Part shown: positions 24,056 through 35,002 of the stretch, piece by piece | How positions within the stretch are numbered: the first letter of the stretch is position 1 | Layout of the letters: each line of letters opens with the position of its first letter | Source of the DNA: Octopus bimaculoides | Taxonomy: Eukaryota | DNA: 35,002 bases | Assembly: GCF_001194135.2 (NCBI RefSeq) | Contig: NC_069002.1 | Coordinates: 32,763,105-32,798,106, forward strand | Reading direction: 5' to 3' | Program-made: the position numbers and the translations under genes | Notes under the pieces: generated by a model | Databases searched by the model: none | What the model was told of the DNA's origin: nothing | The model's input: the letters and a program-made list of their open reading frames with translations, nothing else

Positions 24056-24777
24056 NNNNNNNNNNNNNNNNNNNNNNNNNNNNNNNNNNNNNNNNNNNNN
24101 NNNNNNNNNNNNNNNNNNNNNNNNNNNNNNNNNNNNNNNNNNNNNNNNNNNNNNNNNNNNNNNNNNNNNNNNNNNNNNNNNNNNNNNNNNNNNNNNNNNN
24201 NNNNNNNNNNNNNNNNNNNNNNNNNNNNNNNNNNNNNNNNNNNNNNNNNNNNNNNNNNNNNNNNNNNNNNNNNNNNNNNNNNNNNNNNNNNNNNNNNNNN
24301 NNNNNNNNNNNNNNNNNNNNNNNNNNNNNNNNNNNNNNNNNNNNNNNNNNNNNNNNNNNNNNNNNNNNNNNNNNNNNNNNNNNNNNNNNNNNNNNNNNNN
24401 NNNNNNNNNNNNNNNNNNNNNNNNNNNNNNNNNNNNNNNNNNNNNNNNNNNNNNNNNNNNNNNNNNNNNNNNNNNNNNNNNNNNNNNNNNNNNNNNNNNN
24501 NNNNNNNNNNNNNNNNNNNNNNNNNNNNNNNNNNNNNNNNNNNNNNNNNNNNNNNNNNNNNNNNNNNNNNNNNNNNNNNNNNNNNNNNNNNNNATATATA
24601 TATGTATACATATATTTATGCATGCATGTATACATGTACATGTACAACAAATAATATTGGTCACGAGAAAAATTGCATAATCCGGCAGTTATAGTATTCG
24701 TAATGTGAACAGAAGCTTGGCTTCTGGAGATATATTATTTCGCCTCGATGCTCCCATACAACCTAAATATATATAAT

Positions 24778-24817
<40 letters not shown>

Positions 24818-25598
24818 GCATATATTTTTTTGTTCATCGTTACCTATCATCAAATGTGAGTGAGAGGTAAAAGTCAATGAAATCGAATACTGTACCTTGA
24901 ATGGCATTTTATTTTAGTGAATACAATATGCTGGGTTGAATCTCTTCAGAATTTGAACTTAAGGCACAGTGACCAAAAAACAACCCGCAAGGAAATTTTG
25001 CTCGGTGTTCTAAACCTTCACGTTTCTACCGCTTTTCGGCAACCCCAATTATTCTTAAATATTGTGATGATTTAAAAGTTACAAAAGATGCAGCCTAGCA
25101 TTGGAATATAGAATCCTTCGTTTCATCCCCTTTGGAGCCACCTCTCTTCCGCTTCTTTGATCCCACGTTGATATCAGTTCTTGTCCTTGCGGGCGCGGGA
25201 CCGCTTCACTGAAGCTTCTACCTCCCCTTTGTTAATGAAGGGACCCGAGCGCAAGAAGTTAGGCACGGATCGGAACAAGTAATTATCTGAGGGAGATATT
25301 TTTCCGCAATTCCTAACGAGCAGAAGTAGTGGTTAAGCAAAGGTCAGCTTGCGGAACCAGTGGCCAAACATTGACGTTTTGAACAACAAAGCGAATAAGT
25401 TACCAACGCATGGCAGAATATTTGACTCAACACAATAATACTAATGAATATTTGTTTAGAGAAAACAAATTATGCTAACATGATTACATCAAGCTAGAAC
25501 ATCACACTATGGCCATATAAAACTGTTATATGCCATGCATAACCAGTCATTAGTTTTAAAAGCAATTCGATATACAAAAGAAGAACTAATTTTAGCTG

Positions 25599-25763
25599 GG
25601 CGCAGGAGTGGCTGTGTGGTGAGTAGCTTGCTTACCAACCACATGGTTCCAGGTTCAGTCCCACTGCGTGGCACCTTGGGCAAGTGTCTTCTACTATAGC
25701 CTCGGGCCGACCAAAGCCTTGTGAGTAAAATTGGTAGCCGGAAACAGAAAGAAGCCCGCCGTA

Positions 25764-25838
<75 letters not shown>

Positions 25839-26049
25839 TTGTGTGTCTATGTTTGTCCCCCCACCATCGCTTGACAAACGATGCTGGTGTGTTTACGTCC
25901 TCATAACGTAGCGGTTCGGCAAAAAGAAACCGATAGAATAAGTATTAGGCTTACAAAGAATAAGTCCTGGGGTCGATTTGCTCGACCAAAGGCGGTGCCC
26001 CAGCATGACCGCAGTCACATGACTGGAACAAGTAAAATAGTAAAAAGAG
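25599..26049 (+). mobile_element. Full-length tRNA-derived CORE-type SINE, family C, with an internal (TA)n(GT)n microsatellite
   Basis: A-box TGGCTGTGTGG 25609-25619; B-box GGTTCAGTCCC 25652-25662; CORE-like GCACCTTGGGCAAGTGTCTT 25671-25690; microsatellite 25762-25845; ends in a short tandem tail AGTAAAAT-AGTAAAAAGAG. Confidence 0.9.
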
Positions 26050-26481
26050 TAGTAACCTATACTTACCCGTTACTTCGTGCGCAAATCAATCCACAATCGC
26101 ATGATGAAGAGAAATTTGGTGTGTAGGAATATTTGAAATAGAACGCTTATATTTTCAGGCCTAAAGTCTAAACCACATCTTAGCAAACACGATTACATGC
26201 GTATTGTCAAATGATAAATCAATGAAATGATTACTAAGTTATTAAAACTGAAATCGAACAGCCTCGACTGATTCGATCAACATCCGGCCGGCGCATTTCA
26301 GCTAATACGACAAACACCAGGTGGTGTAACTTTATCTGAATTCGAAATGATCAAACGCCTATCCATCCTTCGATTACCTTTCCTCTGCTAGAATCCAGGG
26401 CGAGTCAACGCTTGGGATTCAGAGTACTCAAAGAAACACAAGGAGACTGCTTCAGTTACCATTGAATTGATTCACCATTTC

Positions 26482-26482
<1 letters not shown>

Positions 26483-26535
<53 letters not shown>

Positions 26536-26665
26536 GTATATCTGTCTGTCTATCTATCTATATAGCCATCTATATATCTAATATGTGTGTGTAATACTGT
26601 AATACATAAATACATATATGTATATATAAAAATATATATAATATAATATACATACATACATATAT

Positions 26666-26703
<38 letters not shown>

Positions 26704-26705
26704 GC
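26483..26705. repeat. (TCTA)n and (AT)n-rich compound microsatellite
   Basis: Direct reading. Confidence 0.9.
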
Positions 26706-27912
26706 NNNNNNNNNNNNNNNNNNNNNNNNNNNNNNNNNNNNNNNNNNNNNNNNNNNNNNNNNNNNNNNNNNNNNNNNNNNNNNNNNNNNNNNNNNNNNNN
26801 NNNNNNNNNNNNNNNNNNNNNNNNNNNNNNNNNNNNNNNNNNNNNNNNNNNNNNNNNNNNNNNNNNNNNNNNNNNNNNNNNNNNNNNNNNNNNNNNNNNN
26901 NNNNNNNNNNNNNNNNNNNNNNNNNNNNNNNNNNNNNNNNNNNNNNNNNNNNNNNNNNNNNNNNNNNNNNNNNNNNNNNNNNNNNNNNNNNNNNNNNNNN
27001 NNNNNNNNNNNNNNNNNNNNNNNNNNNNNNNNNNNNNNNNNNNNNNNNNNNNNNNNNNNNNNNNNNNNNNNNNNNNNNNNNNNNNNNNNNNNNNNNNNNN
27101 NNNNNNNNNNNNNNNNNNNNNNNNNNNNNNNNNNNNNNNNNNNNNNNNNNNNNNNNNNNNNNNNNNNNNNNNNNNNNNNNNNNNNNNNNNNNNNNNNNNN
27201 NNNNNNNNNNNNNNNNNNNNNNNNNNNNNNNNNNNNNNNNNNNNNNNNNNNNNNNNNNNNNNNNNNNNNNNNNNNNNNNNNNNNNNNNNNNNNNNNNNNN
27301 NNNNNNNTAAATATATACATATCCTTATATATATACATATATATGTATACATATAGTATATATATATGTATATATATATATTTATATATATGAAGCAAAT
27401 GGAGTTTTTGAACACAGCAAAATCAATTCATTTGCATAATAATAAATTTTATAAACCTTACAGACGTTCAATATCTAGTTTCATTCCTATTTTACAATGC
27501 CTTGAAGAGAGTTTTACCTTCTAAACTCGTAAGGAAGGCCGTTATTGAAACGTACGTAGGCGTTATGAAATTGACTATTATGTAAATGAATTAATTTTGC
27601 TGTGTTCGAACTCTCCACTTTCTTTATATCTTATTGCTAAAATTCTGTTCTCCTATATATAATAGATGAAAACATGTATAAATTAATGGATATGGCGGCA
27701 AACCGGTGGACGTTTGGCTGTAAAACCTCCCTAGAAAGAGATATTTCATTCTTTTCAGAACTATACATATTCGTACAACTGATAGATACAGAATCACACA
27801 CTCAACGGCTTTGGTTCCGTTGCAGTTACTTATACGCCATCAGCTTCATGTCCATCTACGTATTCAAAAGAATTCCCCTTTCTAAAGGAACTGCTGTCAC
27901 TCAACAACCGAC

Positions 27913-28012
27913 CTTGTTCGGACAATACCATGTGACCCACTTTGACCAATAGAAGTCTAATTTTCGGTAGCTATCTTGGACGTCCTCTGTTTCTCCATTC
28001 TGTAATCTAAGC
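27913..28012 (-). CDS. Weak candidate exon (phase 2-0, 100 nt): LRLQNGETEDVQDSYRKLDFYWSKWVTWYCPNK
   Basis: Acceptor gtcgtctcattcag|G, donor AACAAG|GTCGGT, open frame with complex composition; no partner exon identified. Confidence 0.2.
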
Positions 28013-28083
28013 CTGAATGAGACGACTTTCTGGTAGAGGCCAGAACAACTTTTAGTGGCATGGGGCTGAATCAAAGTGTTTTA

Positions 28084-28141
<58 letters not shown>
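28084..28141. repeat. (AAT)n microsatellite
   Basis: Direct reading. Confidence 0.97.
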
Positions 28142-28599
28142 TATGTGTGTGTATGTGTGTGTCCGCCTGTGTGTATGTATATATATATGAATATGTTGGT
28201 AGCTAAGTATAAGGGAACTATAGGATTTCAATCACTGTGACCCAGTTTTTGATACGACATATCTGTATGGAAAATGAGTAAATTATTGGGCCTAGATCTT
28301 CTTTTGGAGGTAAACGATCCCTATTCTCTAAAAATAGAACTGAAACACAATTACACACGTAAAAAAACACATTTATTCCCATATCTACACGTTTCTCAAA
28401 CACATTAATATTCACAGATGTGTATTTAATGATGTTTACCAAGAAAAATCGATAAAACTTTTAACAGAGAATGTTGAGAGCAAACATATTGATACGGTTC
28501 ATAGATTGAGCTGCTCAGTGATGCATAGGCCTTGATAATCATCAGTAGGAGCATTGAATTCGAGTGGGTGTGTACGAGTGTGCGTATGTCACGTGTATG

Positions 28600-28631
<32 letters not shown>

Positions 28632-28655
28632 TATATATATATATATGTGTGTGCG

Positions 28656-28688
<33 letters not shown>

Positions 28689-29904
28689 ATATATATATAT
28701 ATATATGTATANNNNNNNNNNNNNNNNNNNNNNNNNNNNNNNNNNNNNNNNNNNNNNNNNNNNNNNNNNNNNNNNNNNNNNNNNNNNNNNNNNNNNNNNN
28801 NNNNNNNNNNNNNNNNNNNNNNNNNNNNNNNNNNNNNNNNNNNNNNNNNNNNNNNNNNNNNNNNNNNNNNNNNNNNNNNNNNNNNNNNNNNNNNNNNNNN
28901 NNNNNNNNNNNNNNNNNNNNNNNNNNNNNNNNNNNNNNNNNNNNNNNNNNNNNNNNNNNNNNNNNNNNNNNNNNNNNNNNNNNNNNNNNNNNNNNNNNNN
29001 NNNNNNNNNNNNNNNNNNNNNNNNNNNNNNNNNNNNNNNNNNNNNNNNNNNNNNNNNNNNNNNNNNNNNNNNNNNNNNNNNNNNNNNNNNNNNNNNNNNN
29101 NNNNNNNNNNNNNNNNNNNNNNNNNNNNNNNNNNNNNNNNNNNNNNNNNNNNNNNNNNNNNNNNNNNNNNNNNNNNNNNNNNNNNNNNNNNNNNNNNNNN
29201 NNNNNNNNNNNNNNNNNNNNNNNNNNNNNNNNNNNNNNNNNNNNNNNNNNNNNNNNNNNNNNNNNNNNNNNNNNNNNNNNNNNNNNNNNNNNNNNNNNNN
29301 NNNNNNNNNNNNNNNNNNNNNNNNNNNNNNNNNNNNNNNNNNNNNNNNNNNNNNNNNNNNNNNNNNNNNNNNNNNNNNNNNNNNNNNNNNNNNNNNNNNN
29401 NNNNNNNNNNNNNNNNNNNNNNNNNNNNNNNNNNNNNNNNNNNNNNNNNNNNNNNNNNNNNNNNNNNNNNNNNNNNNNNNNNNNNNNNNNNNNNNNNNNN
29501 NNNNNNNNNNNNNNNNNNNNNNNNNNNNNNNNNNNNNNNNNNNNNNNNNNNNNNNNNNNNNNNNNNNNNNTATATATATATATATATATATATGTACGTA
29601 TATACATACATATATAAGTGTGTGTGTGTATGTATGTGTGTGGATGTGGTTTTAACTGCATATAATTGTACGCGTTTGTACAAGTGTGCGTAAATGAAAA
29701 ATAATGGCTTGAGTTACGTCCGGCTGAACCGAACCTGTCACCCTCCTCACCGATCTCCATTAATCACAAGAGACGGGATGGGAATAATATTTTGACTGGT
29801 TGCCAGTAGCAACAATATCAAAGACCCAAATCATATATGCGCAGACATACAATGATATCAGATAACCAAACATGGGTCTGTTGATTTTGACGATGCTGCT
29901 ACTG

Positions 29905-30400
29905 TTAACGATGATGAAGGTAATGGTGGTGGTGGTGGTGGTGGTGCTTGATGTGGTGGCGGTGGCGGTGGAATAGTGCTGGTGGTGGTGGTAGTGGTAG
30001 TGTTGGTGGTGGTGCCGATTGTGGTGTTCTCGTTGGTGATGATGGTGGTGATGGTGATGATGACGACAAACGATGACATTGGAGTCGATGATGGAGATGG
30101 TGATGATGATGACGACGATGGTGAAGGTTGTGGAGCTATTGGTAGTGGTGTTGATCTAGATGCTGGTCGTGTTAATGCTGTTGGTGATGATGATGATAAT
30201 GATGATGGCAATGATAATGATGTTGATGATGATGGTATTGATAATGATGGAAGTGGTGGTGATGATAATAAGAATGGATCATCACAGTGATGATGGTGGT
30301 GACGATGGAAGTGGTGGTGGGGATGATGATAGCGGTGGAGAGTTGTGGTGGTGGTGGTGGTGTGTTGCAGTTAGAGGTGATGATAATGGCGATTCATAGC
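29905..30400. repeat. Degenerate (GGT/GAT)n low-complexity tract
   Basis: Direct reading; gives the poly-V/D/G/M pseudo-ORFs. Confidence 0.9.
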
Positions 30401-30615
30401 ACAGGTTATCACCACAGTTGCATCTGAGATGCCATACTACGAAAATGGTTACATAAGACAACACATACGTTCATGAAACTTTTTATGATTATCATTTTAA
30501 AGAATGGAGTCTCAAAACATATCAAACAATATATNNNNNNNNNNNNNNNNNNNNNNNNNNNNNNNNNNNNNNNNNNNNNNNNNNNNNNNNNNNNNNNNNN
30601 NNNNNNNNNNNTATA

Positions 30616-30651
<36 letters not shown>

Positions 30652-30691
30652 CATAAGTGTATATACACATATATGCATGATTATATATATA

Positions 30692-30966
30692 TTTTTTCCG
30701 CCCTTTTAAAGCCTAGCCAGGCTCATGGGCACAGTTTCCCGGTTGGTTTCTAAGGCGTATGTGTTCCTCGCAGCTGGACGGGACCCCAGTCCATCGCAAG
30801 AAACAGGGAGAAAGAGTGAGAGAAAGTTGGGGCGAAAGAGTACAGCTCGTAGAGCCTTTTAGGTGATTTCACTCAATAAACACAAACAACGCCCGGTCTG
30901 GGAATCGAAACTTCGATCCTCCGACCGCGAGTCCGCTGCCCTAACCACTGGGCCATTGCGCCTCCA
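30692..30966 (-). mobile_element. Near full-length family B tRNA-derived SINE, non-CORE centre partly deleted, sitting in an (AT)n run
   Basis: Minus strand TGGAGGCGCAATGGCCCAGTGGTTAGGGCAGCGGACTCGCGG...TTTCGATTCCCAGACCGGGCG, tail ...GCCTGGCTAGGCTTTAAAAGGGCGGAAAAAA; TATATATA on both flanks. Confidence 0.93.
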
Positions 30967-31557
30967 CATATATATAGTTATGTTATATTCCGTTTAGAAC
31001 GTAATAGAGTACAGTATGAAGCTCGTCTGCCTTCAGATTTCCCCCCTGTGCTATCCAATAACATTGTTATACATACCTCCAGATTTGCGTTTGGGTTTCT
31101 GTACTGTGTGAATAGATAACTGAACACGTTGGAGTCAACAAGAACCCGACCCCTTCTTGTAAGCTCCAACCTTTTAAATTACATACACGCACACTCTCTC
31201 TCACACGCACATGCACACACATATAGTAATATGCAAATGTATTTAGAAATACATAGATATAAACACGTACGCCCATACCCATGGAATACTTTTGTTCTAC
31301 ATCCAAATCATAAATTGGGGTTCGAGAGACGCGTAACGTCAACCACGAGGATGAGATATTAAAGGGCGGTAAAGAATAAATAAATAGTAACTAACGAGTG
31401 AGGCAGAAACCTAGCTACGTTGTTGCTTCGCAGTCAGCTGTTTCCGAATTCATGCTTAATATTGAGAACATTGGCCAAATATTTGTCGCTGTTATCCTTT
31501 GCATCGACAACTAATTGTGAGTGAATATTTTAAAACAAGACTATCCATATCATCGTA

Positions 31558-31670
31558 CATGTGTATGTATGTATGTATGTATGTATGTATGTATTTATGT
31601 GCGTATGTTTTCATGTTTATATGTATGTATACATGAATATATGTATGTCTGTTTGTATGTATGTATGAAT
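31558..31670. repeat. Degenerate (TATG)n microsatellite
   Basis: Direct reading. Confidence 0.9.
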
Positions 31671-32677
31671 ATTATTAGCCAATTCTATTTTTTTAGATTT
31701 CTTGCCAAAAGAAAGAGCCGACTTCTCATCTCGATGTTATGTCTCAAGCTACTGCTATCTAACACCTTCGGATGATCTCTACTGAACCGCTAACCGACTG
31801 CTACTCAGCAGTCACTCAGCTCCCTACTACGGTCAGACTACCTCTATTTATATGTCTTGGGCGATCCTACTTCTTCACTTGGGGGCGTCGACACAACACT
31901 CCATCATCGGAATTTGAAACATCATTAACATATTTGTGCATGTTTGTGTGTATATGTTTAGAGTTAGTGCACAAGCAGATTTGTATAATGTGCTTGATGC
32001 GTATATTCTCACACATATAGTTGTATGTCAAGACATGAATGCGCATATATACTAAAATGCTAAACTTTTGGAAAGTTTTACAAAATTTGATAATTCCATT
32101 GATGAATTGTATCTGTAATCTTCTAATTAGCTTTCTTCATCCTGTTTTTAAGAAGCTTAATGTATCAAGATTGGTGCTTAGCCAGTTTGTTACTTATACC
32201 ATTGGTCCAATAATTACAAGTATAAATCCAAAGTTCTAATCCGAATAGAGTAGCTATGAATTTCTCAATTCTTCAGCGTAGGTATTTTTTTTTCGCTGAA
32301 CTTCAGTTTTATGCTGACGGTTTCTACCGTGGTCGGTGCCATCGTGCCTTTAGCGGTAAAACCATCGCGTGCTCTAAGAAATACGATCGCCGTTATAACC
32401 TAGCTGGGAGACTGATATCCACAACAGTACAGTACATAGGTTCTCTTCCTTGTCTCAAATCACTACATCTAGTCTATTATGCTTGTATTTCATTGAGATT
32501 TTCACTGGGGCATTCAACCAGTATTCTTTCGCATTATCAGTATAATAGCGGCTATGGGGTCTCCCATACTCTGGTTTCTTAACTCTTTGACCTCAGAGTT
32601 ATCCTTCCTAAAGATCCCATTGTGCAGTGCCATGACTACTCCGTTCGGTTTCATCGGTTGATCATAAGGCCGCACTT

Positions 32678-32713
32678 TATGTATGTATATATGTATGTAC
32701 GTATATATGAATG

Positions 32714-32747
<34 letters not shown>

Positions 32748-32865
32748 TGTATGTATGAATGTATATATGTATGTATATATGTATGTATGCATGCATGTAT
32801 GTATATGTGTATGTATATATGAATGTATTTATATATGTATGTATGTATGTATGTATGTGAGTATA
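32678..32865. repeat. (TATG)n tract with a recurring variant unit atgaatgtat(a/t)tat
   Basis: Variant unit seen at about 32707, 32755 and 32819. Confidence 0.9.
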
Positions 32866-33005
32866 TCTGTCAAACAATATGAAGAAGGCTACCTGGTAAG
32901 TAAGAGTAGTAATCGAGTCAAACTTCTGCATCAAATACATGTAGTCATTAAACATTAAAACATGTACCGAGTACTTTTTCTCTCTGTTTTATTACTTTTG
33001 TGTGT

Positions 33006-33037
<32 letters not shown>

Positions 33038-33967
33038 TTGTAAAACCGAGCGCATATAATTATGTACAGATACATACAAAATATTGATCGATAGATTGAT
33101 TGACAGACAGCTATTGATATAGATATTTGCTTGTGTACAACTGCATGTATATATGTTCATATATGTATATTCTCTATATATATATGCATATATATATATC
33201 TATATCTATATCTATATCTATCTATCTATCTATCTATATATGTATGTATATATGTTTTTATATATNNNNNNNNNNNNNNNNNNNNNNNNNNNNNNNNNNN
33301 NNNNNNNNNNNNNNNNNNNNNNNNNNNNNNNNNNNNNNNNNNNNNNNNNNNNNNNNNNNNNNNNNNNNNNNNNNNNNNNNNNNNNNNNNNNNNNNNNNNN
33401 NNNNNNNNNNNNNNNNNNNNNNNNNNNNNNNNNNNNNNNNNNNNNNNNNNNNNNNNNNNNNNNNNNNNNNNNNNNNNNNNNNNNNNNNNNNNNNNNNNNN
33501 NNNNNNNNNNNNNNNNNNNNNNNNNNNNNNNNNNNNNNNNNNNNNNNNNNNNNNNNNNNNNNNNNNNNNNNNNNNNNNNNNNNNNNNNNNNNNNNNNNNN
33601 NNNNNNNNNNNNNNNNNNNNNNNNNNNNNNNNNNNNNNNNNNNNNNNNNNNNNNNNNNNNNNNNNNNNNNNNNNNNNNNNNNNNNNNNNNNNNNNNNNNN
33701 NNNNNNNNNNNNNNNNNNNNNNNNNNNNNNNNNNNNNNNNNNNNNNNNNNNNNNNNNNNNNNNNNNNNNNNNNNNNNNNNNNNNNNNNNNNNNNNNNNNN
33801 NNNNNNNNNNNNNNNNNNNNNNNNNNNNNNNNNNNNNNNNNNNNNNNNNNNNNNNNNNNNNNNNNNNNNNNNNNNNNNNNNNNNNNNNNNNNNNNNNNNN
33901 NNNNNNNNNNNNNNNNNNNNNNNNNNNNNNNNNNNNNNNNNNNNNNNNNNNNNNNNNNNNNNNNNNN

Positions 33968-34030
<63 letters not shown>

Positions 34031-34499
34031 CATACATACACGTATACACTGAAACCTTTAGCTAAAACACCAGCACCTACCTTGGTACTGTGGCTCTTTT
34101 ACGAAGTGATAGAATAACCAGTTTTACTTTGCCACCTAAAGTCTTCACTCTCCAACAGTTAACAATACAATAGCTATAGATCTCTAGTGAATGTGTACTG
34201 GGTAACGTACAAAAGAGGAATCACAAATCTCATTAATACATAAATACTAATAGTGGAGAAGTAGAACAAGCAAAACGAACAAACGTCCATTTATCCGAAT
34301 GTTTGCAAAAGAAATGAGATTGAAATGCGTGTGAAGCCACCGGCGTATCTAGCTCAGTCGTATCAATCATTCACCAACAAAGGTTCCGCTGGCAGTCGGC
34401 TTGCTGTCTGCTGAGTGAAGCATCGGTCAAGAAACAGCTGTATGACCAGAAAGAACATATTCAACGCATCACTAAACCAGATTATATTTCTATATCAAT

Positions 34500-34507
34500 A
34501 ATGATGC

Positions 34508-34548
<41 letters not shown>

Positions 34549-34610
34549 GTAATAATAATAATAATAATAAAAAAATAATAATAATGGTAATAGTGGTAAT
34601 AATAACAATG
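34500..34610. repeat. (AAT)n microsatellite
   Basis: Direct reading. Confidence 0.95.
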
Positions 34611-35002
34611 GTGATCAGTGGTTCTGAAATTATGAAGTATAAAACGAAATGTCAGCGGAAACGTTGCCATGTTGTACGTGAATTGTTGTGTGCTGGGAGT
34701 GAGGTGGGGAGGGTGTGTGTGTTTTGTGGGTGAGCTGTGGACAGTTATACGTACATACATACACACATGCACACATACACACATGCACGCATATATACGT
34801 GTACACAAATGTATGTGTGAGGCTTAGTGTGTGCGGGCACTTCTGCTTATATGTATATGAACACCCACACGGACGTATATGCATACACGTATATACATAA
34901 ATATATACACTACTACGTGTATATATGTTGATGTAGATGTACATGTGTGTGTATACACACAGACATATATATGTATATATGTGTGTATATATATATATAC
35001 AC

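Noticed and set aside
29858-30399. D/G-rich and S/T/P-rich ORFs suggesting a biomineralisation or mucin-like protein
   Set aside because: Degenerate GGT/GAT repeat with several frames open on both strands and no splice or start context.
30895-30966. tRNA gene (also 4292-4360, 18560-18626, 25599-25665)
   Set aside because: A- and B-boxes are present, but there is no complete acceptor stem and each continues into a shared SINE body, so these are SINE heads.
17317-34117. Long 190-444 aa ORFs in the track
   Set aside because: Made almost entirely of X (gaps) and IY/YI/VC dinucleotide repeats.
34345-34395. Pol III promoter (TAGCTCAGTCG A-box-like)
   Set aside because: No valid B-box at a suitable distance.

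Overview
AT-rich eukaryotic genomic DNA from a draft assembly, with 15 N-gaps totalling about 6.2 kb (about 18%), most flanked by microsatellites. The dense di/tri/tetranucleotide repeats and the tRNA-derived SINE families suggest a coleoid cephalopod, probably Octopus; this is pattern recognition, not a database result. There is no prokaryotic content (no operon, CRISPR array, rRNA or true tRNA gene), and almost all ORFs in the track are microsatellite or N-gap artefacts. Well supported: about nine SINE copies or fragments from three families plus one unassigned repeat tail, many simple repeats, and several local duplications and palindromes. Less certain: a chain of phase-compatible minus-strand exon candidates with good splice sites (11987-11823, 10030-9874, 1206-1056; possibly also 14526-14462, 8520-8436, 7869-7705) that may encode a protein I do not recognise. 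Best leads: that gene model, a splice-bounded 513-nt block with one in-frame TGA, modular SINEs sharing head and tail but not the middle, a SINE with a triplicated A-box, and inverted repeats that could form dsRNA editing substrates. I cannot demonstrate a new biological system from the sequence alone.
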